Positions 1 through 9,531 of a stretch of DNA of 64,000 bases are shown piece after piece. The stretch lies in contig CBDCYI010000011.1 of assembly GCA_965224085.1 (NCBI GenBank), positions 1,600,001 through 1,664,000 of the forward strand, written 5' to 3'. Position 1 is the stretch's first letter. Each line of letters begins with the position of its first letter. The notes under the pieces are model-generated. The model was not told the DNA's origin. It made no database searches and was given only the letters and a program-made list of their open reading frames with translations. The stretch is from Candidatus Marinacidobacterales bacterium. GTDB taxonomy: Bacteria; Acidobacteriota; Vicinamibacteria; Marinacidobacterales; SMYC01. Both the position numbers and the translations under genes were made by a program.

Positions 1-54
1 CCGCTCGTTTTCTGATACATCGACGGGCGGTAGGTCTTCACCACTCTGAGCGGA

Positions 55-987
55 TCAGCCTTGGGCGAACAACTCGAACGTCACGGTAATGACGCCGTAG
101 GCTTCGATCGGCCGGCCCTCTTTGAGGGCGGGCTTCCACCTCCAGAGTTTGGCATTATCTTTAGCAGCCTCGACGCAATACCGAAGGGATTTCAAGACCC
201 GGACGACTTCGGTGGTCCCGTCGAGCTTCACGAGGACTTCGAGCAACACTTCCCCTCGCACCATCTTTTCGCGGGCAGCGGCCGGATAGTCGGGGCTCGG
301 AGGCTTGAAAACAAGAGCGGGCTCGATATCCCACGCGCCCGGCGAGTAATCGCCGCCGCCGAAACCGCCTCCGCGCCCGGGGCCGACCGCCCAGCCTTCG
401 CCGCTACCCACGCCCGTGCCTTCGCCGCCGCCGACACCGCCATCGGTGCCTGCGCTCGGTCGGTTGTCGAGGCCGCCGAAATCCCGCATGTCATCCAAAG
501 ACAATCCGGGGAACTCTTGCTCATCCGGCGAGAACACCCCAGCGAAAATGATATCCGTATCGGTAGGTAAATCCGGAACGTTCAAGTCGTCGAAACGGAG
601 CTTTGGCGGCTTTCGGGGCGCCACTGGCGCGCGACGCGGCTCCGGCTCCACCTCGGGCTCCGGCGCCTCCGGCGGTGGTCTTGTGCGGATAAAGGCGGAA
701 ATCCGCTCCCCACCCGAGCCGCCACCACCGCCACCGCTCCCGCGCCCACTCCCGCCTGGCTCATAGAAGCGGACGAGCACCCCTCCCGCTTCCATCGGAT
801 CTTGGGACATCCAGCTAGCTATGGGCGGGAGAAGCATGAAGAGGAAGACGAGAACATGCACACCCCCGGCGGCCGAGAGAGATTTTGTGCGTTCGTCCCA
901 ACCGAGCTTTGGCGCACTCTCCTCGGAGAGGCGTTCCATTCCGGAAAAGAACTCCGGACCTTGGCTCATGTCACCCATCCTGGCCAA
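55..987 (-). CDS. TonB family energy transducer
   Basis: N-terminal TM helix, Pro/Gly-rich linker, TonB C-terminal domain (PDYPAAARE..VRGEVLLEVLV..W.WKPA). Confidence 0.85.
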   Translation of the reverse strand: MARMGDMSQGPEFFSGMERLSEESAPKLGWDERTKSLSAAGGVHVLVFLFMLLPPIASWMSQDPMEAGGVLVRFYEPGGSGRGSGGGGGGSGGERISAFIRTRPPPEAPEPEVEPEPRRAPVAPRKPPKLRFDDLNVPDLPTDTDIIFAGVFSPDEQEFPGLSLDDMRDFGGLDNRPSAGTDGGVGGGEGTGVGSGEGWAVGPGRGGGFGGGDYSPGAWDIEPALVFKPPSPDYPAAAREKMVRGEVLLEVLVKLDGTTEVVRVLKSLRYCVEAAKDNAKLWRWKPALKEGRPIEAYGVITVTFELFAQG

Positions 988-1089
988 ATGTTAGCACGGC
1001 GGCCAGGACGACGCCCGTCGCCGGCCATGAACTTGCGTCCTACGGGTCGGCCCCGACGGACCGCGGATTTCCGTCGCCGATTCAAGGGC

Positions 1090-1118
1090 TTGCAAGAAAT
1101 CAAGGGGCGTCATAGATT
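1090..1118 (+). promoter_or_regulatory. sigma70 promoter for leaderless rpiB-deoC
   Basis: TTGCAA(1090)-17 bp-TAGATT(1113), 7 nt before GTG 1126; no SD. Confidence 0.6.
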
Positions 1119-1125
1119 AAGCCGA

Positions 1126-1758
1126 GTGGCCGACGACAAACGCCGCATCCTGACGGGCGAGGATGTCCAATCGATTCCTGAAGGAGGTATTCTCGACATC
1201 ACGCCGGGCACGTTGCTCACCGACATCGCTCGTGAGTGGGTCGACCGGCGCAAGATCCGAATCGTCGAACGCATGCGCTCGGGCGACGACGCCATCGCCG
1301 CAGTGAAGCTCGCGATCGGCTCTGACCATGGCGGCTTCGAAATGAAAAGCGCCCTCAGGGAATACCTCGACGTGCTAAAAGCGAGTTATATCGACTATGG
1401 CACCCGTTCGAAAAGAGCGGTCGACTACCCGGACATCGCCCACGCCGTCGCTCTCTCCGTCGCCCTCGGACAGGCGAAGCAAGGGATCATCATCGACGGC
1501 GCCGGTATCGGCTCAGCCATCGTCGCTAACAAAGTCCCTGGCATTCGCGCAGCAGCGTGCTACGAGGAAGCGGGCGCTATGAACGCACGCGAGCACAACG
1601 ACATCAACGTGCTCACGCTCGGCTCCAACCTGATGCTCCCCGAAAAGCTGCGGCCCATCGTGCGCATCTTCATGAGCGCCGAGCACCGCGAGCCCCGTCA
1701 CAAGAACCGGGTGGCGAAGATCATGGCGGTCGAAAAGAAGTATTATCGACCCGTATGA
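1126..1758 (+). CDS. rpiB: Ribose-5-phosphate isomerase B with N-terminal EutQ/PduM-like extension
   Basis: [26 protein letters not shown] motifs; start placed at GTG 1126 from the promoter. Confidence 0.9.
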   Translation: MADDKRRILTGEDVQSIPEGGILDITPGTLLTDIAREWVDRRKIRIVERMRSGDDAIAAVKLAIGSDHGGFEMKSALREYLDVLKASYIDYGTRSKRAVDYPDIAHAVALSVALGQAKQGIIIDGAGIGSAIVANKVPGIRAAACYEEAGAMNAREHNDINVLTLGSNLMLPEKLRPIVRIFMSAEHREPRHKNRVAKIMAVEKKYYRPV

Positions 1759-2588
1759 GCTGGGACCTGGAACGTCTCACAGACGCGGTGACCGAGGCTG
1801 TGCTCTTGGAGCTCGGCGCCGCCGATCGTCCATGCAGCTGCCATCATCTCGATCGCAGCCAGTGTCCCGACGTGATGCAGCCGCTCGTCGATCGCGGCGC
1901 GGAACGGTTTGGCCTAACGGCTTCCGCTCCTCATCGAAGCCTCGCCGCTCTCATCGACCACACGCTTCTCAAACCCGACGCCACCGAAGAGCAGATCCGA
2001 ACGCTGTGCGCCGAAGCGGCCACGCATCGATTCGCGACTGTATGTATTCAGCCAACCTGGGTGCGGCTCGCCGCCCAGCTTCTTCGCGGAACGAGCGTCG
2101 GCGTTTGCACCGTCTCCGGATTTCCGCTTGGCGCCAATAGTCCGGACGTCAAAGCCTACGAGACCCGTCGCGCAATATTCGACGGCGCCAATGAAGTCGA
2201 CATGGTGATCAATATCGGCGCACTCAAGTCGATAGACTACCGCACCGTCGAAGACGACATCCGCGGAGTCGTCGAAGCGTGCCGAGAAGGATCCGCGCTG
2301 AGCAAGGTCATCATAGAGACGGCGCTTCTCACCGAAGACGAGAAAGTCAAAGCATCCACGCTCGTGGCTGCGGCCGGCGCCGACTTCATCAAGACCTCGA
2401 CCGGATTCGGGCCCGGAGGCGCAACCGTCGAAGACGTCGCGCTCATGCGGGACATCGTCGGCCAGAAAATGGGCGTCAAAGCCGCAGGTGGCGTCCGCGA
2501 TCGCGCGACCGCAAAACAGATGGTGGATGCCGGAGCAACCCGGATCGGCGCGAGTGCGGGGATCCGCATCATTCAGGCGAGCGACTAA
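1755..2588 (+). CDS. deoC: Deoxyribose-phosphate aldolase with N-terminal extension
   Basis: [35 protein letters not shown]; ATGA overlap with rpiB. Confidence 0.95.
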   Translation: MSWDLERLTDAVTEAVLLELGAADRPCSCHHLDRSQCPDVMQPLVDRGAERFGLTASAPHRSLAALIDHTLLKPDATEEQIRTLCAEAATHRFATVCIQPTWVRLAAQLLRGTSVGVCTVSGFPLGANSPDVKAYETRRAIFDGANEVDMVINIGALKSIDYRTVEDDIRGVVEACREGSALSKVIIETALLTEDEKVKASTLVAAAGADFIKTSTGFGPGGATVEDVALMRDIVGQKMGVKAAGGVRDRATAKQMVDAGATRIGASAGIRIIQASD

Positions 2589-3216
2589 GAGCCCGACTCG
2601 CTTGCTCGTAGTCCTCTGGCGTATCGATATCGACGCAAACTCCCGGATCCTCGACAGGTATCTCGAGTACTTCGTCGTGGTGGCGCGCGAGCAAAGACTT
2701 CCCGCCCTGATCGCCGACGAGGGTCAGAAACTCCTCGACAAGCTCCGCGACAAAGAGCACAGGATGCCCCTGCTCGCCTCGATAGACCGGATGGGCGATG
2801 CGCGCACCGACTTCGTCGAAGGTGGCCGTGAGCGTGCGGATCGTCTCAGGCTTCACGAGCGGTTTGTCGGCGAGTGCTACGAGCACGATGCGCGTTTCTT
2901 CGGGCAAGCGCTCGAGCCCGCATCGGAGCGAGCTCGCGAGTCCGTCGTTGCTGCCAGGATTTATTACCACCTCGACGCGCTCATCATCTTTAAATAGTTT
3001 GAATGGTTTAAATGGCTTGAATGGTTTATGAGGCTCACAAAGCTCGCTCGGAGACTCGCCAGGCGAAGCGACGACGACGAGAACACGATCAAGCTCGGCG
3101 GCCAACAAATTGCGGAGGCTCCTCGACAGCATCGTCTCGCCGCCGAAAGCGAGATCGAGCTTCGGACGCCCCATTCGGCGCGATGCGCCCGCCGCAAGAA
3201 GTACCGCGACGCGCAC
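2569..3216 (-). CDS. Molybdenum cofactor cytidylyltransferase-like nucleotidyltransferase (MocA/YgfJ family)
   Basis: [32 protein letters not shown]. Confidence 0.85.
   Translation of the reverse strand: MRVAVLLAAGASRRMGRPKLDLAFGGETMLSRSLRNLLAAELDRVLVVVASPGESPSELCEPHKPFKPFKPFKLFKDDERVEVVINPGSNDGLASSLRCGLERLPEETRIVLVALADKPLVKPETIRTLTATFDEVGARIAHPVYRGEQGHPVLFVAELVEEFLTLVGDQGGKSLLARHHDEVLEIPVEDPGVCVDIDTPEDYEQASRALSRSPE
2989..3030. repeat. AT-rich 9-bp tandem repeat inside the MocA-like gene
   Basis: TTTAAATAG TTTGAATGG TTTAAATGG CTTGAATGG TTTATG, encoding [14 protein letters not shown]. Confidence 0.85.
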
Positions 3217-3219
3217 CGG

Positions 3220-4005
3220 TCACTCCGCCTCGGGACGCATTCGATAGAAACATTCGGTCGGCTTGATCGCTTCGCCGAAGACAACCTCTGAAACACCTTG
3301 CTGCAATAGGCGCTCTCCGATGCTTTCCGCAGCTTTCAGACGGTAGTCGACGGCCTTGTTCAACAGGACGGTGTGGCGGCTCCCCTTCGGGATCTTAGGA
3401 AGGTAGCCTTTGACGATCGTGGCTGCGATGACGGCGTCGGTGACGTCCATGCCCGGCGACGCTCCCGATAAGCTAGCCACGATCTCGAGTCTATGGACAT
3501 GCTCCCCATCGAGCTTGTGGTCGAGAACGTCGAGGCCGACGAGGATCGCGGTGAGCGTCGTTTCAGCCGGAATCACAGGTTCGTGGCTCGCCGGCGCTTT
3601 CAAGGAACGCCCACGAGCACCGTCGGCCTCGATGACAACACAATCGGCAAGACTTCGGAGCGGGTCCAGCATCACGGGATCTACTCCAGCGAGCTTGTCG
3701 TCCCGTTTCCGATCCTGAATCACGATCACCGAGCCGTAGCGCCGAAGCCGCGCTTTGACCGTAGTGAGCCAATTGTCTTGCTCACCCACGACGACGAGCG
3801 GCGGCATCGTCGTCGCCGTCATAGGCATCTGCATATGGGTCGTCGACGTCGCGACGACGCTCAAGCCCTGGCGCCGGAGCTCCCCCGTGAGCGCGTAGAG
3901 CACGGTGGTCTTGCCGCCCGCGCCCACGAGGCTCACAACGTCACCTTTGCCTATCGATAGCGCGTCGGCGAGCCCAAAACTCGAATCGATCGCGATTTTC
4001 GCCAT
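3220..4005 (-). CDS. yqeC: Selenium-dependent hydroxylase accessory protein YqeC
   Basis: SLVGAGGKTT, TTHM, IEADGARGRSLKAPASHEPVIP; start at ATG 4005. Confidence 0.85.
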   Translation of the reverse strand: MAKIAIDSSFGLADALSIGKGDVVSLVGAGGKTTVLYALTGELRRQGLSVVATSTTHMQMPMTATTMPPLVVVGEQDNWLTTVKARLRRYGSVIVIQDRKRDDKLAGVDPVMLDPLRSLADCVVIEADGARGRSLKAPASHEPVIPAETTLTAILVGLDVLDHKLDGEHVHRLEIVASLSGASPGMDVTDAVIAATIVKGYLPKIPKGSRHTVLLNKAVDYRLKAAESIGERLLQQGVSEVVFGEAIKPTECFYRMRPEAE

Positions 4006-4050
4006 TCGTCGAGAGAGTACTATAGGATACACGGTGAGAGAACTGGAACG

Positions 4051-4755
4051 ATGCGCATTCCCGTCGCGATCCCCGTTGTCCTCATGAGCTTGGCCGCCGC
4101 GCACTGCGCCGGCCAAGAGGACTATGCGGAGGCGCGCCGAACCATGGTGCGCGAGCACCTGCAGGGGCGGGACATCTCCGACCCTCGAGTCCTCGAGGTC
4201 ATGAGCCATGTGCCGCGACACGAGTTCGTGCCCGCCATGTTGCGCTCGCAAGCCTATGCCGATCACGCCCTGCCAATAGCGGAAGGTCAAACGATCTCCC
4301 AACCCTACATCGTTGCGCTGATGACCCAGCTCGCCGAGATCGAGGAGGACCATGCGGTTCTCGAGATCGGGACCGGCTCCGGCTATCAGTCAGCCGTCCT
4401 CGCCGAGATGGTCCGTGAGGTCCATACCATCGAGATCATCCCCGAGCTCGCCGAAAGCGCCCAAGCGAAGCTCGCGGCTCTCGGTTACGAGAACGTGCAT
4501 GGAAAAACCGGAGACGGTTATCTCGGGTGGGCGGAAAAGGCTCCCTACGACGCCATTCTCGTCACCGCGGCAGCCCCTGAAGTGCCGCCGCCTCTCATAG
4601 CACAGCTCGCCCCCGGCGGTATTCTTGTCATCCCCGTCGGCCCTCAATCGCAAGTTCAAAAACTCCTTCGGATCGAAAAAACGAATGACGGCACGACAAC
4701 GACCGAAGAGATAATCCCAGTCGTCTTCGTACCCCTCGTCCGCGAGCGGCGATAA
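4051..4755 (+). CDS. pcm: Protein-L-isoaspartate O-methyltransferase
   Basis: GQTISQPYIVA, LEIGTGSGYQ, GDGYLGW, FVPL. Confidence 0.95.
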   Translation: MRIPVAIPVVLMSLAAAHCAGQEDYAEARRTMVREHLQGRDISDPRVLEVMSHVPRHEFVPAMLRSQAYADHALPIAEGQTISQPYIVALMTQLAEIEEDHAVLEIGTGSGYQSAVLAEMVREVHTIEIIPELAESAQAKLAALGYENVHGKTGDGYLGWAEKAPYDAILVTAAAPEVPPPLIAQLAPGGILVIPVGPQSQVQKLLRIEKTNDGTTTTEEIIPVVFVPLVRERR

Positions 4756-4764
4756 CGAAGAAGG

Positions 4765-5049
4765 CTAGTCTTCGACGCTCACTTCACCCCAAAAGGCCAC
4801 GTAGCCTTCGAAACGCTTGGCAGCGTCCTTGACCTCTGGATAGAACCACGCCGCATCTTTCCCCTCGGTGCCGTCGACGACGACGTTGTAATAACTGGCC
4901 TTCCCCTTCCAGGGGCAAACGGTATGCGTATCACTCGGCTGCAGATATTCCTGCTTTACTGAAGCCGGCGGAAAATAGTGGTTGCCTTCAACCACTTCGG
5001 TCTCCTGCGACTCAGCAATCACGGTTCCATGAAAAACCGCTTTTGACAT
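4765..5049 (-). CDS. DUF427 family protein
   Basis: VEGNHYFP, CPWKGKASYY, DAAWFYP. Confidence 0.9.
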   Translation of the reverse strand: MSKAVFHGTVIAESQETEVVEGNHYFPPASVKQEYLQPSDTHTVCPWKGKASYYNVVVDGTEGKDAAWFYPEVKDAAKRFEGYVAFWGEVSVED

Positions 5050-5118
5050 ATCGTGACTCCTTTTCTTGCTTCCGCTCTTTCCTATTGCTATTGTTACTTT
5101 TCTGACCTGCCATCCGCT

Positions 5119-5643
5119 ATGAAGAATCGCGTCCCGCTGGCCGTCGCACCCCTGCTCGGTTTGTTGGTTTCCTCATGTGGCGGAAGCGGTCCGTCAGGCC
5201 CGACCGCCCCAACCACTCCGCCCACGAGCACTCCCGTGCTCCCGGTATCGCCATTCGAGATTACAACCCTCATTACCGTGTACCAAAACGCCGCGAGCTT
5301 TGCCCAGTTCACCGAAGACACAACATCCGACGAGAACATCGGAAAAGTCCTTCTCGGCGTCGACGAGCTCACCGCCGGGGGCACGCTTCTCGATAACGAG
5401 CTCTTGCGCTTCGATCTGCAACAAGCCATCAATAGGGCCAACGAGCAGTTCTCGGACGCGGACTTCGAAGCCGCGTTCGGTGAAACCAAGGAGAATCTGC
5501 GCCGCTTCTTCAACGACGCCGACAACGACGGCTGGTCCGTCGATGGCCGCCACGGAGAAGGACGTGACTGGCCCCATGACGCCGACGGCAACGACCCCGA
5601 TGGCTGGCTAGCCCAAATGGCCATCACCGTAACTCGCCGATAA
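5119..5643 (+). CDS. Hypothetical lipoprotein
   Basis: Signal peptide ending LVSSC, Pro/Thr linker, acidic domain. Confidence 0.65.
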   Translation: MKNRVPLAVAPLLGLLVSSCGGSGPSGPTAPTTPPTSTPVLPVSPFEITTLITVYQNAASFAQFTEDTTSDENIGKVLLGVDELTAGGTLLDNELLRFDLQQAINRANEQFSDADFEAAFGETKENLRRFFNDADNDGWSVDGRHGEGRDWPHDADGNDPDGWLAQMAITVTRR

Positions 5644-5680
5644 CTACCTTAGCTGATCCGCACCTATCCTGAATGCTGAT

Positions 5681-6457
5681 CTAGGAAACTCCGAGCTCCT
5701 CCAGCTTCTCGACGATCGACTCGAACCAAACTTGGGCCATCGTCTCGTAGCCCAGATTGTTCGGGTGCACGCCGTCGGAGCCTACGCCACGGAAGCGTTT
5801 CGGCGCCGCGACTTCGTGGTCGGCGATCGGGACGTTCTTTCTTTTCCCTTCCTGGCGGATCACGTCGTTGAGACGCGTGATGTTCTCGACCGCGAAGACA
5901 CGGAACCCGTCCGGGTTTACCGGCAGATAGGTTCCGATGATGACGAACTTGCCTCGGAGGATACCGATCCGCATCATCTCGGCGAGATTGGAGCGCACGA
6001 CGGGAAAACGGGCGACGTCGTTATTGACGTCAACGATGCCTTCCAAGATAAGAATCAAATCCGGCTCATGGCGCCTTATCATCGTATCGATACGGTCGAG
6101 GCCTTCTCTCGTGTTCTCGCCGCCAATGCCTTCATTGACTAGCTCGAAACCGGTGCCGAAGCGCTCTTCGAGCAGCCGCCATAGCTTTGGGACATAGCCT
6201 TCGACGGTGGTGAGCACGGGCCGGATCCCGCCCGAGCCGCTATATTGCTGCGTCACGCCGAAAGTCACGCTGTCACCGAAGCAAAGAATTTTCTTGATGG
6301 GGAAGTTTTCGGGAAGGTCCATACGCCGGGCCGAATCGGCTAGTGCGACGGCGCTTTCGCCTGGGACTTCCACGTCCGGCGAGGCAGGTGAGCTATCTGT
6401 TCCGCAGCCAGCCGTGATGAGGATACCAAGAAGACATCCAGCTATCGTTACTCTCAT
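5681..6457 (-). CDS. SGNH/GDSL hydrolase lipoprotein
   Basis: Lipobox ITAGC, FGDSVT, GIGGE, DGVHPN. Confidence 0.85.
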   Translation of the reverse strand: MRVTIAGCLLGILITAGCGTDSSPASPDVEVPGESAVALADSARRMDLPENFPIKKILCFGDSVTFGVTQQYSGSGGIRPVLTTVEGYVPKLWRLLEERFGTGFELVNEGIGGENTREGLDRIDTMIRRHEPDLILILEGIVDVNNDVARFPVVRSNLAEMMRIGILRGKFVIIGTYLPVNPDGFRVFAVENITRLNDVIRQEGKRKNVPIADHEVAAPKRFRGVGSDGVHPNNLGYETMAQVWFESIVEKLEELGVS

Positions 6458-6592
6458 TCTAAAATACGCTCCGAGCGTTCCTTTAAATGCCCGCGCTCTG
6501 GTGCGCGGCTTGTTCAAATTCGAAGAACCTATCATTGCTATACAGAATTATCCGGTTGACAATAACCGTGACGAGCTGGGTGTTTCCGAGCC

Positions 6593-7807
6593 TCATGTCC
6601 CGAAAACACCGCTCTCCCGGAGACGCCGAAGTGCCTCGTTGTCGATGCCAAGCCGCTCGCGCAACACGGACTCCGTGTGCTCGCCGAGTATGGGCGGCGG
6701 CGCGTGGTCGCGTTCGCCCGCCTCGGAGAGCTTGAGGGGGTTACCCGTCAAAAGTAGCTCTCCGAGTTTCGGATGTTGCACATGAAGCTTCATGTTCCGA
6801 CTTTCTATCTGCGGATTCTCAAAAACCTCAGCGACGTTTTGTACACGGCCGACCGGGATGCCGGCTTCATCGAGGAGCGCGACCCAAGCCTCCGTACTCT
6901 TCGACGCGAAGATGGGCTCGAGCAACGCAGAAAGCTCGCGGTAGCGGGCGACACGGTCGGCATTGACTTCAAATTCGGGCACGTCGAGCTCCGGTCTTCC
7001 GACGACGGCGACGAAGCGTTTCCACAAACTGTCGTTACCGACACCGACGATGACGTGACTATCGGCCGTGCGAAACGCCTCGTAGGGCGTCAGCGACGAA
7101 TGCCGATTGCCGAGCCTGTTCGGAAGCTCGCCCGTCATCAGAAAACCCTGCGCCTGATAGCATAGCGTCGAGAGCACGCTATCGAACAAAGACACGTCGA
7201 TGCGCTCACCCGATCCTGTTTTCTCTCGACGATAGAGCGACGCCAAGATTCCCTCGCAGGCCATCATACCTGTCACGATATCGGCGAGCGAGGCGCCGAC
7301 TTTCATCGGCATTCCGTCGGGCTCACCCGTGAGCGCCATCCAGCCGCCTTCTCCCTGTATGACGGCGTCGTAGCCTGGCCGCTCACGAAGAGGTCCCGTC
7401 TGCCCATAGCCCGAGATCGAGCAATAGATGAGAGATGGAAGCTGCTCTTTGAGCGCCGCGTAGCCGAAACCGAGACGGTCCATCGTGCCCGGGCGAAAGT
7501 TCTCGATGAGAATGTCGGCAGTGTCCAGCAATCGAAGCAAAACGTCCTTGCCCCCGTCTTTTTTGAGATCAAGGCAGAGGCTTTTCTTGTTGCGGTTGAC
7601 CGCGAGGAAATAGGAGCTCTCACCATCGAAGAAGGGCGGTCCCCAGTGGCGACAGTCGTCTCCCGTGGGAGGCTCGATTTTGAGGATGTCAGCGCCCATA
7701 TCGCCGAGCATCATCGTGCAATAGGGCCCGGCGAGAATGCGTGAAAAATCGAGAACGGTGACGCCCGCTAGAGGAAGTCGTTTGCCCGCTTCCGAAGAGC
7801 TCATCAA
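6593..7807 (-). CDS. CoA-transferase family III (CaiB/BaiF)
   Basis: AGPYC..LGDMGA, NRNKKS, ENFRPG, GYDAVIQ. Confidence 0.92.
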   Translation of the reverse strand: MMSSSEAGKRLPLAGVTVLDFSRILAGPYCTMMLGDMGADILKIEPPTGDDCRHWGPPFFDGESSYFLAVNRNKKSLCLDLKKDGGKDVLLRLLDTADILIENFRPGTMDRLGFGYAALKEQLPSLIYCSISGYGQTGPLRERPGYDAVIQGEGGWMALTGEPDGMPMKVGASLADIVTGMMACEGILASLYRREKTGSGERIDVSLFDSVLSTLCYQAQGFLMTGELPNRLGNRHSSLTPYEAFRTADSHVIVGVGNDSLWKRFVAVVGRPELDVPEFEVNADRVARYRELSALLEPIFASKSTEAWVALLDEAGIPVGRVQNVAEVFENPQIESRNMKLHVQHPKLGELLLTGNPLKLSEAGERDHAPPPILGEHTESVLRERLGIDNEALRRLRESGVFGT

Positions 7808-8562
7808 GTGTAGCGGATCGCGATCCCCGTCACATTATCCTTCCCGCCGTTCTCGTTAGCGGTCGCGATGAGGCCAGTCACGAGTTCCTCGAGCGAAGGG
7901 CCAGCGTTCAGGATGATTTCCGTGAGCCGCTTTTCGGTCATCATCCCATGCAAGCCGTCGGAGCAGAGCAAGTAGAGGTCATCGCTTTGTAGGCTGTGCT
8001 CATCGACGTCGACGTCGATCTCCTCTTTCGCGCCGATGGCCTTCGTGATGATGTTCTTCATCGGATGGTTCTCGGCCTCCTCCGGTAACAGCACGCCTTC
8101 GTCCACTGCGGCTTGAACCCAGGAGTCATCCACCGTCAACTGGCGAAACTCGCCGTCGCGCAAGCAGTAGGCGCGGCTGTCCCCCGCGCTCACGAAGCTG
8201 ATGCTATGGCTGTTCGTGAGCGCTGCGACGATCGTCGTGCCCATGCCGGTGTAGTCCTGCCGACTATCCGCTTCCTTGAAGACTCTCTTGTTGGCAAGCA
8301 TCACCGCCGTTAGAAGGCGGTTGGAATTGATGGAGAGTTTGGGATCGACACCATAGGGCCAAGTGATCTCGTCCTCTTCGGACGAGCGCTGCACGAAATT
8401 GGCAACGGTTTCGACCGCCAGATGGGATGCGATCTCGCCCGCATTGTGCCCCCCCATCCCATCGGCGACGACGAAAAGCCCAATCGCGCTATCCACGAGA
8501 AGGCTGTCTTCGTTCAGCTTGCGACGAAGCCCTACATCCGTGGCGCCAAAGCTCTCGAACAT
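7804..8562 (-). CDS. PP2C-family Ser/Thr protein phosphatase (Stp1-like)
   Basis: NED, VADGMGGH, GMGTT, GDSRAY, CSDGL, GGKDN. Confidence 0.92.
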   Translation of the reverse strand: MFESFGATDVGLRRKLNEDSLLVDSAIGLFVVADGMGGHNAGEIASHLAVETVANFVQRSSEEDEITWPYGVDPKLSINSNRLLTAVMLANKRVFKEADSRQDYTGMGTTIVAALTNSHSISFVSAGDSRAYCLRDGEFRQLTVDDSWVQAAVDEGVLLPEEAENHPMKNIITKAIGAKEEIDVDVDEHSLQSDDLYLLCSDGLHGMMTEKRLTEIILNAGPSLEELVTGLIATANENGGKDNVTGIAIRYT

Positions 8563-8691
8563 CGTCGTCTCTGGGTTGTATCTTGACGCGATTTCCCGCT
8601 GGTACGCGAATAGGGATGAAGCACGTCTCTGAAAAAGCAGGATAACACTACTATTTACAAGGGTTCAAGGATTGCTCCGAGCCCACCCACG

Positions 8692-8721
8692 TTGACAGTC
8701 CCTCCGGTTGCTTGCTAAATT
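8692..8721 (+). promoter_or_regulatory. sigma70 promoter
   Basis: TTGACA-18 bp-TAAATT with upstream TG. Confidence 0.5.
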
Positions 8722-8758
8722 AAGTCTTGCGCTTCGGAAAAAAACTCGTGGAAACTGG

Positions 8759-9472
8759 ATGTCTCGTTATCGTGTTCTCCTTGTAGAGCCCAACGCCGAA
8801 CTCCGGCGCATTTTTTCCGACCATTTCAAACGCTCCGGCTTGGAAGTGGTCGACGCGATCGACGCAGGAAGCGGGCTCGAGACTTCACGGCGTCACTGCC
8901 CCGACATGATTGCCTGCGAGACGGAGCTCCCGGGCGGCGCGGACGGGCTCGAGCTCGTGCGCGCGTTGCGAGCAGACTCAGACCTCAAGAGCATACCCGT
9001 GCTGATCCTCTCCGGCTCGATTACACCCGAAGAGCGTTGGGAAGCGATTGCCTCGGGAGCGGACGATTATCTCCTGAAGCCTTTCACCATGCGCAAGCTC
9101 ATTTACCGCTGTGAACGGCTCATCAGTTTCTACCGAAGCAACGAGCCCGGAGAGCTATCCGGAGATCTCGCGCGCTTCAAGAGCACGGATATCCTGCAAA
9201 TGCTCGAAGCCAACCAGGCGACGGGTGTCCTCCACATCGACGGCAACCACAAAGGCGAGATACATCTTCTCGACGGCTCCATCTGCGGCTGTTTCTCGAA
9301 CGAGGTCAAAGGCGAAGAAGCGGCCTACCGGCTGATACCGGTGCGCGTTGGCCGGTTTCACTTCGTCCGGGCCAACATCCGGAGCAACATCGAATCCGTT
9401 CGCTCCACCACCGAGTTCATGATGAAAGCTTTCCGCCGTCACGATGAAAGCGAGAAGCAGCCGGCGCAATAG
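8759..9472 (+). CDS. Atypical receiver domain + DUF4388 protein
   Basis: Receiver fold (GADDYLLKPF) followed by LSGDL..DILQML..TGVL. Confidence 0.8.
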   Translation: MSRYRVLLVEPNAELRRIFSDHFKRSGLEVVDAIDAGSGLETSRRHCPDMIACETELPGGADGLELVRALRADSDLKSIPVLILSGSITPEERWEAIASGADDYLLKPFTMRKLIYRCERLISFYRSNEPGELSGDLARFKSTDILQMLEANQATGVLHIDGNHKGEIHLLDGSICGCFSNEVKGEEAAYRLIPVRVGRFHFVRANIRSNIESVRSTTEFMMKAFRRHDESEKQPAQ

Positions 9473-9531
9473 GTTTTTGTTCCGCTATTCGGTGTTTGCC
9501 TCCTACCACTTGGTCCCGCTCATTTCTTGGC

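Noticed and set aside
802-1125. Long upstream extensions of track ORFs (rpiB from 802, deoC 1557, yqeC 4353, ETF-QO 42694, pyk 60620)
   Set aside because: They overlap neighbouring genes and lack family motifs; GC-rich open-frame artefacts.
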